A stretch of DNA of 64,000 nt from Octopus vulgaris. Lineage: Eukaryota. The stretch spans positions 7,688,001 through 7,752,000 of the forward strand of contig OX597841.1 in assembly GCA_951406725.2 (NCBI GenBank), in the 5' to 3' direction. Shown piece after piece: positions 1 through 12,529 of the stretch. Under the pieces are notes generated by a model. That model had not been told where the DNA came from and ran no database searches. It saw only the letters and a program-made list of their open reading frames with translations. The position numbers were made by a program, and so were the translations under genes. Position 1 is the stretch's first letter. Each line of letters begins with the position of its first letter.

Positions 1-332
1 GCTAGGGGGACAAACACAGACACACACACACACACACACACGCATGTATATATATATACATATATATACGACGGGCTTCTTTCAGTTTCCGTCTACCAAA
101 TCCACTCACAAGGCTTTGGTCGGCCCGGGGCTATAGTAGAAGACACTTGCCCAAGGTGCCACGCAGTGGGACTGAACCCGGAACCATGTGGTTGGTAAGC
201 AAGCTACTTACCACACAGCCACTCCTGCGCCTCACGTTACTCCTAATCACGGAGTAACGTGAAGTGAAATGCCTTGTTCAAGCACACAAGGCACCGTCCG
301 ATCTTGGAATCGAAACCATGATTTCACGATCT

Positions 333-365
<33 letters not shown>

Positions 366-530
366 ACACACACACACCAACACACATGCATATATTTACG
401 TGTGCGTGTTTGAATCTATAGATGCACATACACACACCGGCACACACACGCATACATAAATATATACGCATGTATGTACACATGCGTGTGTGTGAGTGGA
501 TGTATACATACATACATACATACATATATG

Positions 531-593
<63 letters not shown>

Positions 594-644
594 ATATATA
601 TAGCTGTATATATATATATAGCATATATATATATATATATATGG

Positions 645-687
<43 letters not shown>

Positions 688-1138
688 TATATATATATAT
701 GGCTGTTTACATATATATATATATATGTGTGTGTAGACGTACAGAGACACACATACTCACACACTCTTAGACTAAGGAAGCCATATCTTTGACATGCGTT
801 GAAAATTAATCTTCCCAGAATTCCTACTTCACACATACAACCGGATGTCATGATGACAACGAAAAGTGAGATCTCTTCCAGAGAGAAATTGTCCAAGAAT
901 GAAAGCGAAGGAAATATTTATAAGAATTGGTTAGGAAGGAATGATGTTGCTGATTATGGTCACCTGGCTTGCTAGAAATATCAGCTAAATTTCCTTCTGA
1001 TCCGGAGTAAAATCTGAATGAACATGCCTAAATAAACATTTGCTGGAATATCTTTGGTCGTATGTCTGCTGGGTCAGGTCTGACCAGGAAAGAGAACCGA
1101 AAGCGTTAATAAAGAACTATCTAAAATTCTGACTGCCT

Positions 1139-1213
<75 letters not shown>

Positions 1214-1221
1214 AGTATATA

Positions 1222-1321
<100 letters not shown>

Positions 1322-1609
1322 CACGCGCGCGCATTGTGTAACGTATAATTACATTTACAAAAATGCATATATATGCGCCTGTGTATACATAGATACATAC
1401 ATACATACATATATACATACATACATTCATACACACAGACAGACAGACAGACAGACAAGACAGACAGATATGTATGGCTGTGTGGTTAGAAGATTGCTAC
1501 CCAACCACATAGTTCTGGGTTCAGTTCCACTGCGTGGCAACTTGGATAAGTGTCGTCTACTACTGACGTAAACGGAAACTGAAAGAAGCCCGTCGTATAT
1601 ATATGTATA

Positions 1610-1674
<65 letters not shown>

Positions 1675-1914
1675 GTATTTATGTGTGTGTTTTTGTGTCT
1701 GTGTTTGCCCCACTCATCATCGTTTGATGACCGATGGTGCTGTGTTTACGTCCCTGTAACTTAGCAGGTCGATAAAAGAGATCGAGAGAATAAGACCAAG
1801 GGTCGATTTCTTCGCCTAAAAGGTGGCGCTCCAGCATGACTACAGTCAAATGAGTGAAACAAGTAAAAGAATTAAAGAATATATACATACATTATATATA
1901 TATGTGTGTGTGTG

Positions 1915-1958
<44 letters not shown>

Positions 1959-2065
1959 AGAATTAAAAGGAGAAATCCAAGGAACAATTACAATGTACCC
2001 AAAAGTCGCTTAAGTGACCCAAGAAATAAGCCTGGAATAGTAAGACTTATTTAGTAGAAAATATC

Positions 2066-2416
2066 AAAATATAAACAAGAGGCAAACGCTCAGGGTGTTG
2101 TTAATCCATTTATGTAATGAAATCTTCTACATATGTTTCGACGGGCACAGTCCAAAATGTCCGGCAGCATAAATAATGCTCAACTGTGCAACCAATCTCT
2201 TCAGAACGTTTATGACTACAAGCTCAACAGATAAACATGTTGACAGAAGAAATTTTTTGATCATTTTGTTATCATAAACGTCCTGAAGAGATTGGTGCAC
2301 AGCTGATCACTATTTATGCTGCCGGACATTTTGGAGTGTACCCGTCGAAACATACGTAGAGGATTTCATGATATATACGAATTAACAACACCCCGAGCGT
2401 TCGTCTCATTTTTATA

Positions 2417-2420
<4 letters not shown>
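2066..2420. mobile_element. Inverted-repeat element with a hammerhead motif in each arm (Penelope pLTR-like)
   Basis: Arms about 2066-2215 and 2271-2420 are imperfect reverse complements. Each carries CTGAAGA-GATTGGTGCAC...CCCGTC-GAAA-CATA(T/C)G-TA. Stem I is weak. Ends at (TA)n. Confidence 0.65.
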
Positions 2421-2480
<60 letters not shown>

Positions 2481-2716
2481 CTCCACCACCTACACCACCA
2501 AACGGTATATACAGGTGCTTACAATTATCAAGTACTCACCCTGAATTTATATATATATATTTATATATATATATAGTTAAGATTGAGAAAAGAACGGTTT
2601 TAGAAAGGTTCTTTTCTAATCTTAACTCTTTGAGAAAAAATTTTCCCTCCAAATACTATAACTGTATGAAGAAATTTCCAAAACACTATAAGTATATATA
2701 TATATATATATATATA

Positions 2717-2744
2717 TCGTTGCTAAACCCTTAATTACTTAGTA

Positions 2745-2816
<72 letters not shown>

Positions 2817-2856
2817 TACTAAGTAATTAAGGTGCTAAACCCTTAATTACTTAGTA

Positions 2857-2924
<68 letters not shown>

Positions 2925-3097
2925 TACTAAGTAATTAAGGGTTTAGCAACGATTTGCCTCACCACACACCGAATTTAGAAATAGCAGTTAAAGAGTTATG
3001 GCTATTCTGTCTACTTAAAAGAGAACTCTTTGACTGCTATTTCTAAATTCGGTGTGTGGTGAGGCAAATCGTTGCTAAACCCTTAATTACTTAGTAT
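2717..3097. repeat. Nested inverted duplications of a 29-bp motif around (CT)n(TA)n(GA)n tracts, plus a hairpin with about 74-bp arms
   Basis: tcgttgctaaacccttaattacttagtat occurs five times (some partial) in alternating orientation. Confidence 0.85.
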
Positions 3098-3201
3098 TAC
3101 TTAAACCTTCCTCGAATGGGGCTTTTACATGCCGAAATCTACTTGGTGAAATTAATGATTACTCCAAATTAATTGATTTCACCCTATATTATTATTGATA
3201 A

Positions 3202-3308
<107 letters not shown>

Positions 3309-3327
3309 CATGGATAGATGGGTAGAT

Positions 3328-3400
<73 letters not shown>

Positions 3401-3402
3401 TA

Positions 3403-4065
3403 GGCACGAAAGTGGCCGTGTGGTAAGAATTTTCCTTCCCAATCACTTGGTTTCGGGTTCAGTCCCACTCCGTGGCACCTTGGGCAAGTGTCTTCTACTA
3501 TACACTCAGATCGTCCAAAGCCTTGTGAGTGGATTTGGTAGGCAGAAATTGAAAGAAGCCAGTCGTATATACATGCATATATAAGTGTGTGTATATGTAT
3601 GTATATATCTATGTGTTTGTCTTTCTATCTGTGTTTTATGTCCGCATCAATGTTTGGTGATGCTTACGTGTTGGTGTGCATAGTGGTCCGACACAAAAAA
3701 AACCCCCGATGGATTAAGAACAAGATTTTAAAAGTAAGTCCTAGGGTCGATTTGCACGACGAAAATCCCTCAAGATGGTGCTCCAGTATGGCTGCAGCCA
3801 AAAGACAATAACAAGTAAAAAAAAAAAAAGAATATATATATATATATTACTCTTTTACTCTTTACTCTTTTACTTGTTTCAGTCATTTGACTGCGGCCAT
3901 GCTGGAGCACCGCGTTTAGTCGAGCAAATCGACCCCGGGACTTATTCCTTTAGTAAGCCCAGTACTTATTCTATCGGTCTCTTTTTGCAGAACAGCTAAG
4001 TGACGGGGACGTAAACACACCAACAACGGTTGTCAAGCAATGCTAGGGGGACAAACACAGACACA

Positions 4066-4137
<72 letters not shown>

Positions 4138-4460
4138 CATATATACGACAGGTTTCTTTCAGTTTCCGTCTACAAAATCCACTCACAAGGCATTGGTCGG
4201 CCCGGGTCTATAGCAGAAGACACTTGCCCAAGGTGCCACGCAGTGGGAATGAACCCGGAACCATGTGATTGGTAAACATGCTACTTTATTTCGTAACATT
4301 TGCCATGAAATAAAGTAGCATGTTTACCAACCACATTGTTCCGGGTTCAGTCCCACTGCGTAGCATCTTGAGCTGGTGTCCTCTGCTATAGCCCCGGGCT
4401 GACCAATGCCTTGTGAGTGGATTTGGTAGACGTAGGAAACACTGAAAGAAGTCTGTCACT
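3403..4460. mobile_element. Cluster of three family A SINEs: 3403-3820 (+), 3849-4285 (-), 4313-4460 (+, partial)
   Basis: Match to the family A consensus. Further copies or fragments at about 1-231(-), 1474-1870(+), 8540-8845(+), 16828-16992(-), 18312-18630(-), 27347-27745(+), 35630-35815(+), 37108-37236(+), 40330-40470(-), 45625-45950(+), 46380-46800(-), 51938-52315(+) and 54712-55085(+). Confidence 0.88.
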
Positions 4461-4476
4461 ATATATATATATATTT

Positions 4477-4577
<101 letters not shown>

Positions 4578-4957
4578 TGTATGCATATAAGCAGACGTAT
4601 ATGTGTGTATATGTGTATGTTTATTCGTGCTTTTGTTAAAAAACAAGAAACAAAAATACCCCAACCTCCTATACACACTGTCAACAATATTATACACATT
4701 AGTAATTCGATTCTGTCGTTTTAAGTCTGTTGTCCTTTACACATTTACAAATAGACGTCATAACGCACAAAGATACATCTACGTTCAGACACGCGCGCGC
4801 GCGCATATGTGCACACATACGCACACACGCATGCGCTGTGTGCTTTTATACATACACACGTGCATATTTGAGTGGGATGTTAAATATACATATATACATT
4901 CGTGCATACATACATATATATGTGTGCATATGTGTGTGTATATCTATGTGCATACGC

Positions 4958-4988
<31 letters not shown>

Positions 4989-5088
4989 CATACAAAATTT
5001 ATGTATATTATATATATATTTATATGCATATGCTTATATATATTTAAATATACATACATGTGTGTGTATGTATGTATGTACGTATGTC

Positions 5089-5122
<34 letters not shown>

Positions 5123-5137
5123 CAGACACACATACAT

Positions 5138-5174
<37 letters not shown>

Positions 5175-5197
5175 TGTATACAGTACGTAGACATATG

Positions 5198-5242
<45 letters not shown>

Positions 5243-5363
5243 TTAATAAGGGTGAGAGAATTAGATACTAATTTAATAGTATATTTATTCCACACCAAGT
5301 GGCCTAGTGCTACGAGAAACCTGGATTATTATAATATTTTATAACATATTATAATATTTTCAC

Positions 5364-5711
5364 AAATAAATATAAGAGAGTGTTCACTATATTGATCACT
5401 CTAGCACCAGTTAATCCAAGAGGTTTCAACCACGAAAAATATATGTTTCCCATAAAGCCGGTACGACTGTTAGCTCACACGGACAGGGCAAATAAAAGAT
5501 AACAAAAGATAACAAAAATACAGATTATTTTGGGACAATTGTTTCGCGAAACAATTGTCCCAAAATAATCTGTATTTTTGTTATCTTTTATTTGCCCTGT
5601 CCGTGTGAGCTAACAGTCGTACCGGCTTTCATGGGAAACATATATTTTTCGTGGTTGAAACCTCTTGGATTAACTGGTGCTAGAGTGATCAATATAGTGA
5701 ACACTCTCTTA

Positions 5712-5720
<9 letters not shown>
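5364..5720. repeat. Near-perfect spacerless palindrome (about 175-bp arms) centred at 5546/5547
   Basis: ...GGGACAATTGTTTCG|CGAAACAATTGTCCC... The arms differ by a 10-bp duplication and a few bases. The cassette lies between (TA)n tracts. Confidence 0.9.
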
Positions 5721-5751
<31 letters not shown>

Positions 5752-5830
5752 TACATATAGACATGCGCAGAGAATAGCAACAGCTACTCAACAGTATCGT
5801 CCTCAAAGTTAACAACCCGAAATCCACTCC

Positions 5831-5862
<32 letters not shown>

Positions 5863-6810
5863 CAACAGCAACAACAACGACAACAACAACAACTACAACC
5901 ACAACAATAGCAAGAGTGTCTTAAGTAGCGCATTTTAGTAACATCTCTCAACTTAAGTGTTACTACAACGCCGGAGCTCTTTTGTTTTTGAAGATACACT
6001 TTTATTCATGCCGTGTCAGCCATTTTTGATTCTGATGTTATCCATTATGTTAACATGACATTCTAACTTGCTGTCGTCGTTGGCGGTGATGGTCGTGGTT
6101 GGGGTGGGGGTGGGGGTGGTGTTTGTTATGATGGTGATGCTGGTGATGATGCTGTTGTTGGTGGTGGTCGTCTTTATAGCTCTGTCGTCATTTCTTTCGC
6201 CTTCGTCCTTAAAAATTATCGTTCTTCTTATTCTTCCTGCTGTCGTTTTCAATATCATCGACTCTCCATTCTTCTTTTTCTCTCCTCCTTCTCCTCCTTC
6301 TTCTTCTTCTTCTTCTTCTGCTCCTCCTCCAACTCCTTCTTCTCCCCCTCCTCCTCCTCATTCTTTTTCTTCCCCTCCTCCTCCTTCTTCTTCTTCCCCT
6401 CCTCCTCCTCCTCATTCTTTTTCTTCTTCCTCCTCCTCCTCCTCCTTCTTCTTCTCCTCCTCCTCCTTCTTCTTCTTCCCCTCCTCCTCCTCCTCCTCCT
6501 CTTCCTTCTACTTCTCCTCCTCCATCTTCCCCTCCTCCTCCTCCTTCTTCTTCTCCATTTTCTTCTTCTTATTATATTTACTACTACTACTACTACTACT
6601 ACTACTACAACAACAACAACAACTACAACTACTACTACTATTACTACTACTACTACTACCACCACCACCACCACCACCACCACCACCACCGAGGACGACT
6701 TTGCCTTTCATCCATTCGGGGTCGATAAATTAAGTACCAGTAAAACACTGGGTCGATGTAATTGACTAGTCCCCTCCCCAAAACCTCAGGCCTTGTGTCT
6801 ATAGTAGAAG

Positions 6811-6842
<32 letters not shown>

Positions 6843-7396
6843 GAGTGAGAGAGCAGTTCATGCCATCAAAGTGACACTGGGGTAAAATTTACGAAGCCCA
6901 ATATACCCATCATGACTACCCGTCTGATAAAGGTACACCAGGCACATGCATCACAACCATATGTGCGCGACATGGTGATCTCATATCAAGGTAAACAGCA
7001 CATGACCTTGCAGGTAGGGCCCAGTTAGAATTTTCTTCAGGTTGAGTAGCCCATCCCGCTCAAACGGTCCCTGAATAAGGGTTGTTTAAGGATGTTGAAA
7101 GAACCACCCATGTTTCCAGAGGTGAACTATTCAAACCCCAAAGAATCCCTCTCAACACATGGCTATGATGCTCCCCCACTACTTCTGCTCGTGATTAGAG
7201 ATGCACATATCGTCAGCCACTAAGGGACATGCTCAACTGGTTAAGGTCAAACAACTGACAAGCAAATCTGTGGTATTGAGCAGAATATTTGCTGTAGCCC
7301 ATCTTTTATACCAAGACAAAACAATGTACATGATAACACTTCCAATCAGTTAAGATTAGAAGCCATGAGAGCCACTGCCTGGTACTGCATCAGGGC

Positions 7397-7400
<4 letters not shown>
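6843..7400. repeat. About 560-bp element inserted in a (TTA)n tract
   Basis: Complex non-coding sequence bounded on both sides by (ATT)n. The family was not identified. Confidence 0.45.
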
Positions 7401-7441
<41 letters not shown>

Positions 7442-7835
7442 CATTATTATTATTATTATTATTATTAAATAAGGCGGTGAGCTGGCAGGAACGTTAGTAC
7501 GCCGGGCAAGATGTTTAGCGTCATCTTGTCCGCTTTTGCTTTCTCAGTTCAGATTCTGTTGAGGTTGTCTTCGTCCTTCATTCTTCGGAAGAAGAATGAA
7601 AGACAAATTTTCATTATGTGAAACATTTCGGTTGTACCTGCGATATCAACATATAAATGCAGGGTAATAGAGACCTTTCCCTCCCTTTCGTCCTCTCTGA
7701 TAAATATAGGCATTTCATTTTCGCCACCTACCACCACCTCTCTTTCCTTTTCCCTTTCCATTTTCCCACTGATTCTACTATTTCCATTTCGGTTCTTCCT
7801 TTTTCGTTCCACTTTCTCCCGCTTTCCACTCTCTC

Positions 7836-7875
<40 letters not shown>

Positions 7876-7879
<4 letters not shown>

Positions 7880-8000
7880 ATAGAAGGAGCTTCTACAGGA
7901 CTAGAACTGTTGTTTCATTCAAAAGAAATCATCAGGAGCTTCCTGATGATTTCTTTTGAATGAAACAGTTCTAGTCCTGTAGAAGCTCCTTCTATAAAAT
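7876..8000. repeat. About 125-bp fold-back palindrome containing the 7934-7990 hammerhead
   Basis: ttttatagaaggagcttctacaggactagaactg... pairs with ...cagttctagtcctgtagaagctccttctataaaa. The cassette (about 7876-8071) is bounded by (TA)n on both sides. Confidence 0.9.
7934..7990 (+). ncRNA. Type I hammerhead ribozyme motif (most complete in the window)
   Basis: AGGAGCTTC-CTGATGA-TTTCTTTTGAAT-GAAA-CAG(TTCTAGTC)CTG-TA-GAAGCTCCT. 9-bp stem I, intact core, 4-bp stem III, GUA cleavage triplet at 7979-7981. Stem II is weak (TTC/GAA). Confidence 0.75.
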
Positions 8001-8069
8001 AAATTAATTTACTCTGCTATGTATTGAGTACCTTATTTACTGTGGTTAACCCCGACTCAACCCGAGATC

Positions 8070-8118
<49 letters not shown>

Positions 8119-8846
8119 CACCATTCGAGTTATTGCCTCCTTTGATGATGTAGGCGTAACACACGGACAAAATAGACTAAGACGCAGAAACAAGCAGAAC
8201 AATATTATAATATTAACAGGAGAAGCAGAAATTAAATCAAAATTCCGTGCTTCAAGCAGACGTTCTTCGTAGGCATCGGTCAAAAAGGTTTTCAAACAAA
8301 AGAACATTAGGATCAGCGTCTCCTTCAGACTTCCATTTCAGATAACAAAACATATTCTGACTGAATATTTTAGAAGAATTCAGGGCTCGGTTTTCCAGCT
8401 GATGATCGTAAACGGGTAACTCTGAGTACCGGAAATCAGAGCCTTTCAGTGACAGTTCATTAAACAACGCTCTACATTTCTGTTGGTTATTGATCTCTAT
8501 AATTCATCGCTTCTGAAGAATCAACATATGTATATGTGTGTAGCCTCGGGCCGACCAAAGCCTTGTGAGTGGATTTGGTAGACGGAAACTGAAAGAAGCC
8601 CGTCGTATATATGTATATATATATATGTATGTGTGTATATATCTTTGTGTTTGAACCCCCAATATCGCTTGACAAGCGATGGTGGGGTGTTTATGTCTCC
8701 GTAACTTAGCGGTTCGGCAAAAGAAACCGATAGAATAAATACTAGGCTTACAAAGAATATGTCCCGGAGTCGATTTGCTCAACTAAAGGCAATGCTCAAG
8801 CATGGCCGCAGTCAAATGACTGAAACAAGTAAAATAGTAAAAAGAG

Positions 8847-8920
<74 letters not shown>

Positions 8921-8975
8921 CCGTTGGCGATTTTTTTTCTCTGTCTTCCCTTCTCTGGATCTTTCCTTCTCCTAT

Positions 8976-9010
8976 GTTTCCGACGAAGAGCTCCGCTCGA
9001 AACGTTAAAC
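8976..9010 (+). ncRNA. Minimal hammerhead motif (mutated core) in a short element between microsatellites
   Basis: GTTT-CCGACGA-A-GAGC(TCC)GCTC-GAAA-CG-TT-AAAC. Confidence 0.55.
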
Positions 9011-9115
9011 CCTCCTTCTTCCCTTCTTTCCTGAGCGTCCAATAATACTATATTTGTTCCACGTCCTCGCGTTGTTGTGTTTTTTTTGTGTTTTCTTGTT
9101 TGGATTAACTATATA

Positions 9116-9183
<68 letters not shown>

Positions 9184-9277
9184 GTTTACTTATGCATCTC
9201 CTTCAGTCTGTGTGCGTGCGTATAGTATATACATGTGTATATCTATGTATATCCATATATAATTATGTGTGTGTATG

Positions 9278-9319
<42 letters not shown>

Positions 9320-9427
9320 TGAATGTTTATATGTATGTATGTATGTATGTATGAATGTATGTATGTATGTATGTATGTATGTCAGTGTGCGTGTGAGCAT
9401 GAATGTATGTATATGTAGAGACAGGCA

Positions 9428-9466
<39 letters not shown>

Positions 9467-9636
9467 CGGGAGACACAAGTACACCCGGCGTTTCGTGTTT
9501 GTCTTGCGCATTCTGCGTGTCAAGAAGATATTAACAACGACCTCACGACTTAAACAACTTAAGAAAACATAAATTTGCCCATATACACCCACTCACAAAC
9601 ACACACACGCACACACATATATACATGTGTGTATAC

Positions 9637-9707
<71 letters not shown>

Positions 9708-9946
9708 TATATTTATATAAATACGAAAATATATATATGAATATATAAACTATATAATATGTTTATTTACACGTTATACATATATAATTACATCTACATA
9801 TTTATCATACAATTTTGATTAATGTGATATTTTATATATACAATAATTATATACACACGCTATACGCGTGTAAATTATGATTTTATTATACATATATATA
9901 TATAAATAATATATATGTATGTATTTACATATGTCTATATATATAT

Positions 9947-9996
<50 letters not shown>

Positions 9997-10094
9997 ATAC
10001 ATATATATATAGATATTCATATATACGTATATATACGTATATATGTATATACATATACACACATACATGCACACTTACACGCACGCACACACGC

Positions 10095-10137
<43 letters not shown>

Positions 10138-10280
10138 TTATATGTATATCTATTTATTATGCCTAGCATTTATACGCGCATATAGAAATATGTTTAAAAT
10201 CAATATAAATGTCTGAATTAATCTATATATGAATATATGCGTCTATATATATGTATGTCTCTCTCTCTCTCTCTCTCTCT

Positions 10281-10352
<72 letters not shown>

Positions 10353-10361
10353 ATGTATATA

Positions 10362-10582
10362 CGCGGTGGCCCAAAATTACGTTTACTGTTAACACGTAGG
10401 CATTTCAAATGTCTTTTTAAACATTTTATTAAATTCAAATCTCTATCTTACAAAGTGACGAGGGCATTTGGCAAAATTCAATAAATTAGCAGAGAATAAT
10501 GGTTGCATTTTTTTTATATAATTTAGATCTAAACTGTTGCTATATGAATGCAAAATATCTGTATACCTCCTTTTGGGCCACC

Positions 10583-10585
<3 letters not shown>
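10362..10585. mobile_element. Tc1/mariner-type MITE (224 bp)
   Basis: TA|CGCGGTGGCCCAAAATTACGTTTACTG ... CTGTATACCTCCTTTTGGGCCACCCTG|TA: imperfect TIRs with TA flanks. Confidence 0.75.
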
Positions 10586-10656
<71 letters not shown>

Positions 10657-10681
10657 TTATATATATATACATATATGTGTT

Positions 10682-10768
<87 letters not shown>

Positions 10769-10807
10769 CATATATGTATTTATATATACATATATATACT
10801 CTGTGTA

Positions 10808-10845
10808 TCTTTCTGTTGAAGAGCGTAGGCTCGAAACGTTAAAGA
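10808..10845 (+). ncRNA. Minimal hammerhead motif (mutated core) in a short (TA)n-flanked element
   Basis: TCTTT-CTGTTGA-A-GAGC(GTAG)GCTC-GAAA-CG-TT-AAAGA. Homologous elements at about 17020-17230 (-) and 29765-29940 (-). Confidence 0.55.
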
Positions 10846-10942
10846 CTTGTTTTATTTATATTTCCTGAGCGCCATACTAATACAATTGTTTGTTTGTTTT
10901 CCACCTGCCTTCGTCTTTTGTCTATTTTCATAAAGCTTCCCG

Positions 10943-10981
<39 letters not shown>

Positions 10982-11008
10982 TGTATGTGTGTGTGTGTAT
11001 GTGTGTGT

Positions 11009-11199
11009 AGGCGCAGGAGTTGCTGTGTGGTAAGTAGCTTGCTTACCAATCACATGGTTCCGGGTTCATTCCCACTGCGTGGCACCTTGGGCAAGTGTCT
11101 TTCTACTATAGCCTCGGGCCGACCAAATCCTTGTGAGTAGATTTGGTAGACGGAAACTGAAAGAAGCCCGTCGTATATATATATGTGCGCGTGTGTGTT

Positions 11200-11238
<39 letters not shown>

Positions 11239-11502
11239 ATGTATGTATGTATGTATGTATGTATGTATGTATGTATGTATGTATGTATGTATGTATGTAT
11301 GTATGTGTATGTGTGTGTGTATATGTTTGTCCCCCCAATATCGTTTGACAACTGATGGTGATGTGCTTACCGCCCCGCAACTTAGCGGTTGGGTAAAAGA
11401 CCTCGATAGAATAAGTAATAGAATAAGTCCTGTGGTCGATTTCTTCGTCTAAAGACGGTGCTCCAGCATGGCCGCAGTTAAATGACTGAAACATGTAAAA
11501 GA
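11009..11502 (+). mobile_element. Abundant tRNA-derived SINE with internal microsatellite (family A), full-length copy
   Basis: GGCGCAGGAG-TTGCTGTGTGG (A-box), GGTTCATTCCC (B-box-like), CCTTGGGCAAGTG, central (TA/TG/TATG)n, tail GACTGAAACA.GTAAAAGAG. Confidence 0.9.
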
Positions 11503-11548
11503 GTATACTATACATAGTCTTTAATCCGGTATACTCTCTCTATCTCTA

Positions 11549-11597
<49 letters not shown>

Positions 11598-12070
11598 ATG
11601 TATATATTTTTACGTGAAATTTACGTGACCGACCAGTCCATCAGATGTAGTTACACATCGCTGGTCACAATGCGTTCGCATTGTTTTAGCCTTCGAATGA
11701 CGCCACCCCGCTGGCTAAGCGAGCCGGGCGAAATGCGTAGCCGCATTTCGTCTGCCGTTACGTTCTGAGTTCAAATTCCGCCGAGGTCGACCATGCCTTT
11801 TATCCTTTCGGGGTCGATAAATAAAGTACCAGTTTCGCACTGGGGTCGATGTAATCAACTTAAACCCTTTGTCTATTCTTGTTTGTCCCCTCTATGTTTA
11901 ACCCCTTGTGGGCAATAAAGAAATATATATATATATTGAGAAAGAGAGATTCTTAGCCACTTCGCTACAATAGGAACAACATGAATTTCTTCTATTTTTT
12001 TTACTCTGTTAAAGTATTTAAGAAAAATTATATTAATGTGTCCTCTTTGTGAAAAAGTTTTATATTTTGT

Positions 12071-12154
12071 GCAACTGAAGATAGCAGTGCATTTAAATTG
12101 ATGTAATGATTGCAATATTCAATTAAATGGAGTCGCTTGAAACGGGTGTACTGC
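12071..12154 (+). ncRNA. Decayed hammerhead motif, similar to 48980-49073
   Basis: GCAA-CTGAAGA-TAGC...GCTT-GAAA-CGGGTG-TA-CTGC. Shares the gcttgaaac...gtgtactgcg segment with the 49 kb copy. Confidence 0.55.
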
Positions 12155-12529
12155 GTCACTACTTGATATCCTGTTGCTTATTTTGATTGTATGTGTTTGT
12201 GCGTGTGTGTGTGTGTGTGTGTTTGTGTATAAGGAGAAAATTTGAGATCTGGTGATGCAAACATGAAAATAAAACTAAGGATATGAGTATATACAGCTTC
12301 GTTTTTTTTTTCTTACTACAAATCATCTGAGTGGTTAAAGGGATCTAAGTTTTCGTGCCAACGCATGAAACTCGGGACCCATGAGTCATCTGCCGATTAT
12401 TAATAAAAAAAAAATCATATGTCTATATACATGTAAATATACACACAGACACACGCACACAGACGTGTATGTACATTTGTGTATGTGTGCCTGTGTGCGC
12501 GTGTGTGTCTGCATATATATATATATATA

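Noticed and set aside
819-865. Possible 47-nt exon (ttcccag...gtgag)
   Set aside because: No recognisable peptide in any frame and no partner exons; not S6K-like.
6068-6733. 221-aa ORF with poly-S/P/L runs
   Set aside because: Trinucleotide low-complexity sequence that ends in a SINE.
8130-8520. Possible Penelope fragment or exon on the - strand
   Set aside because: No diagnostic motif could be read with confidence.
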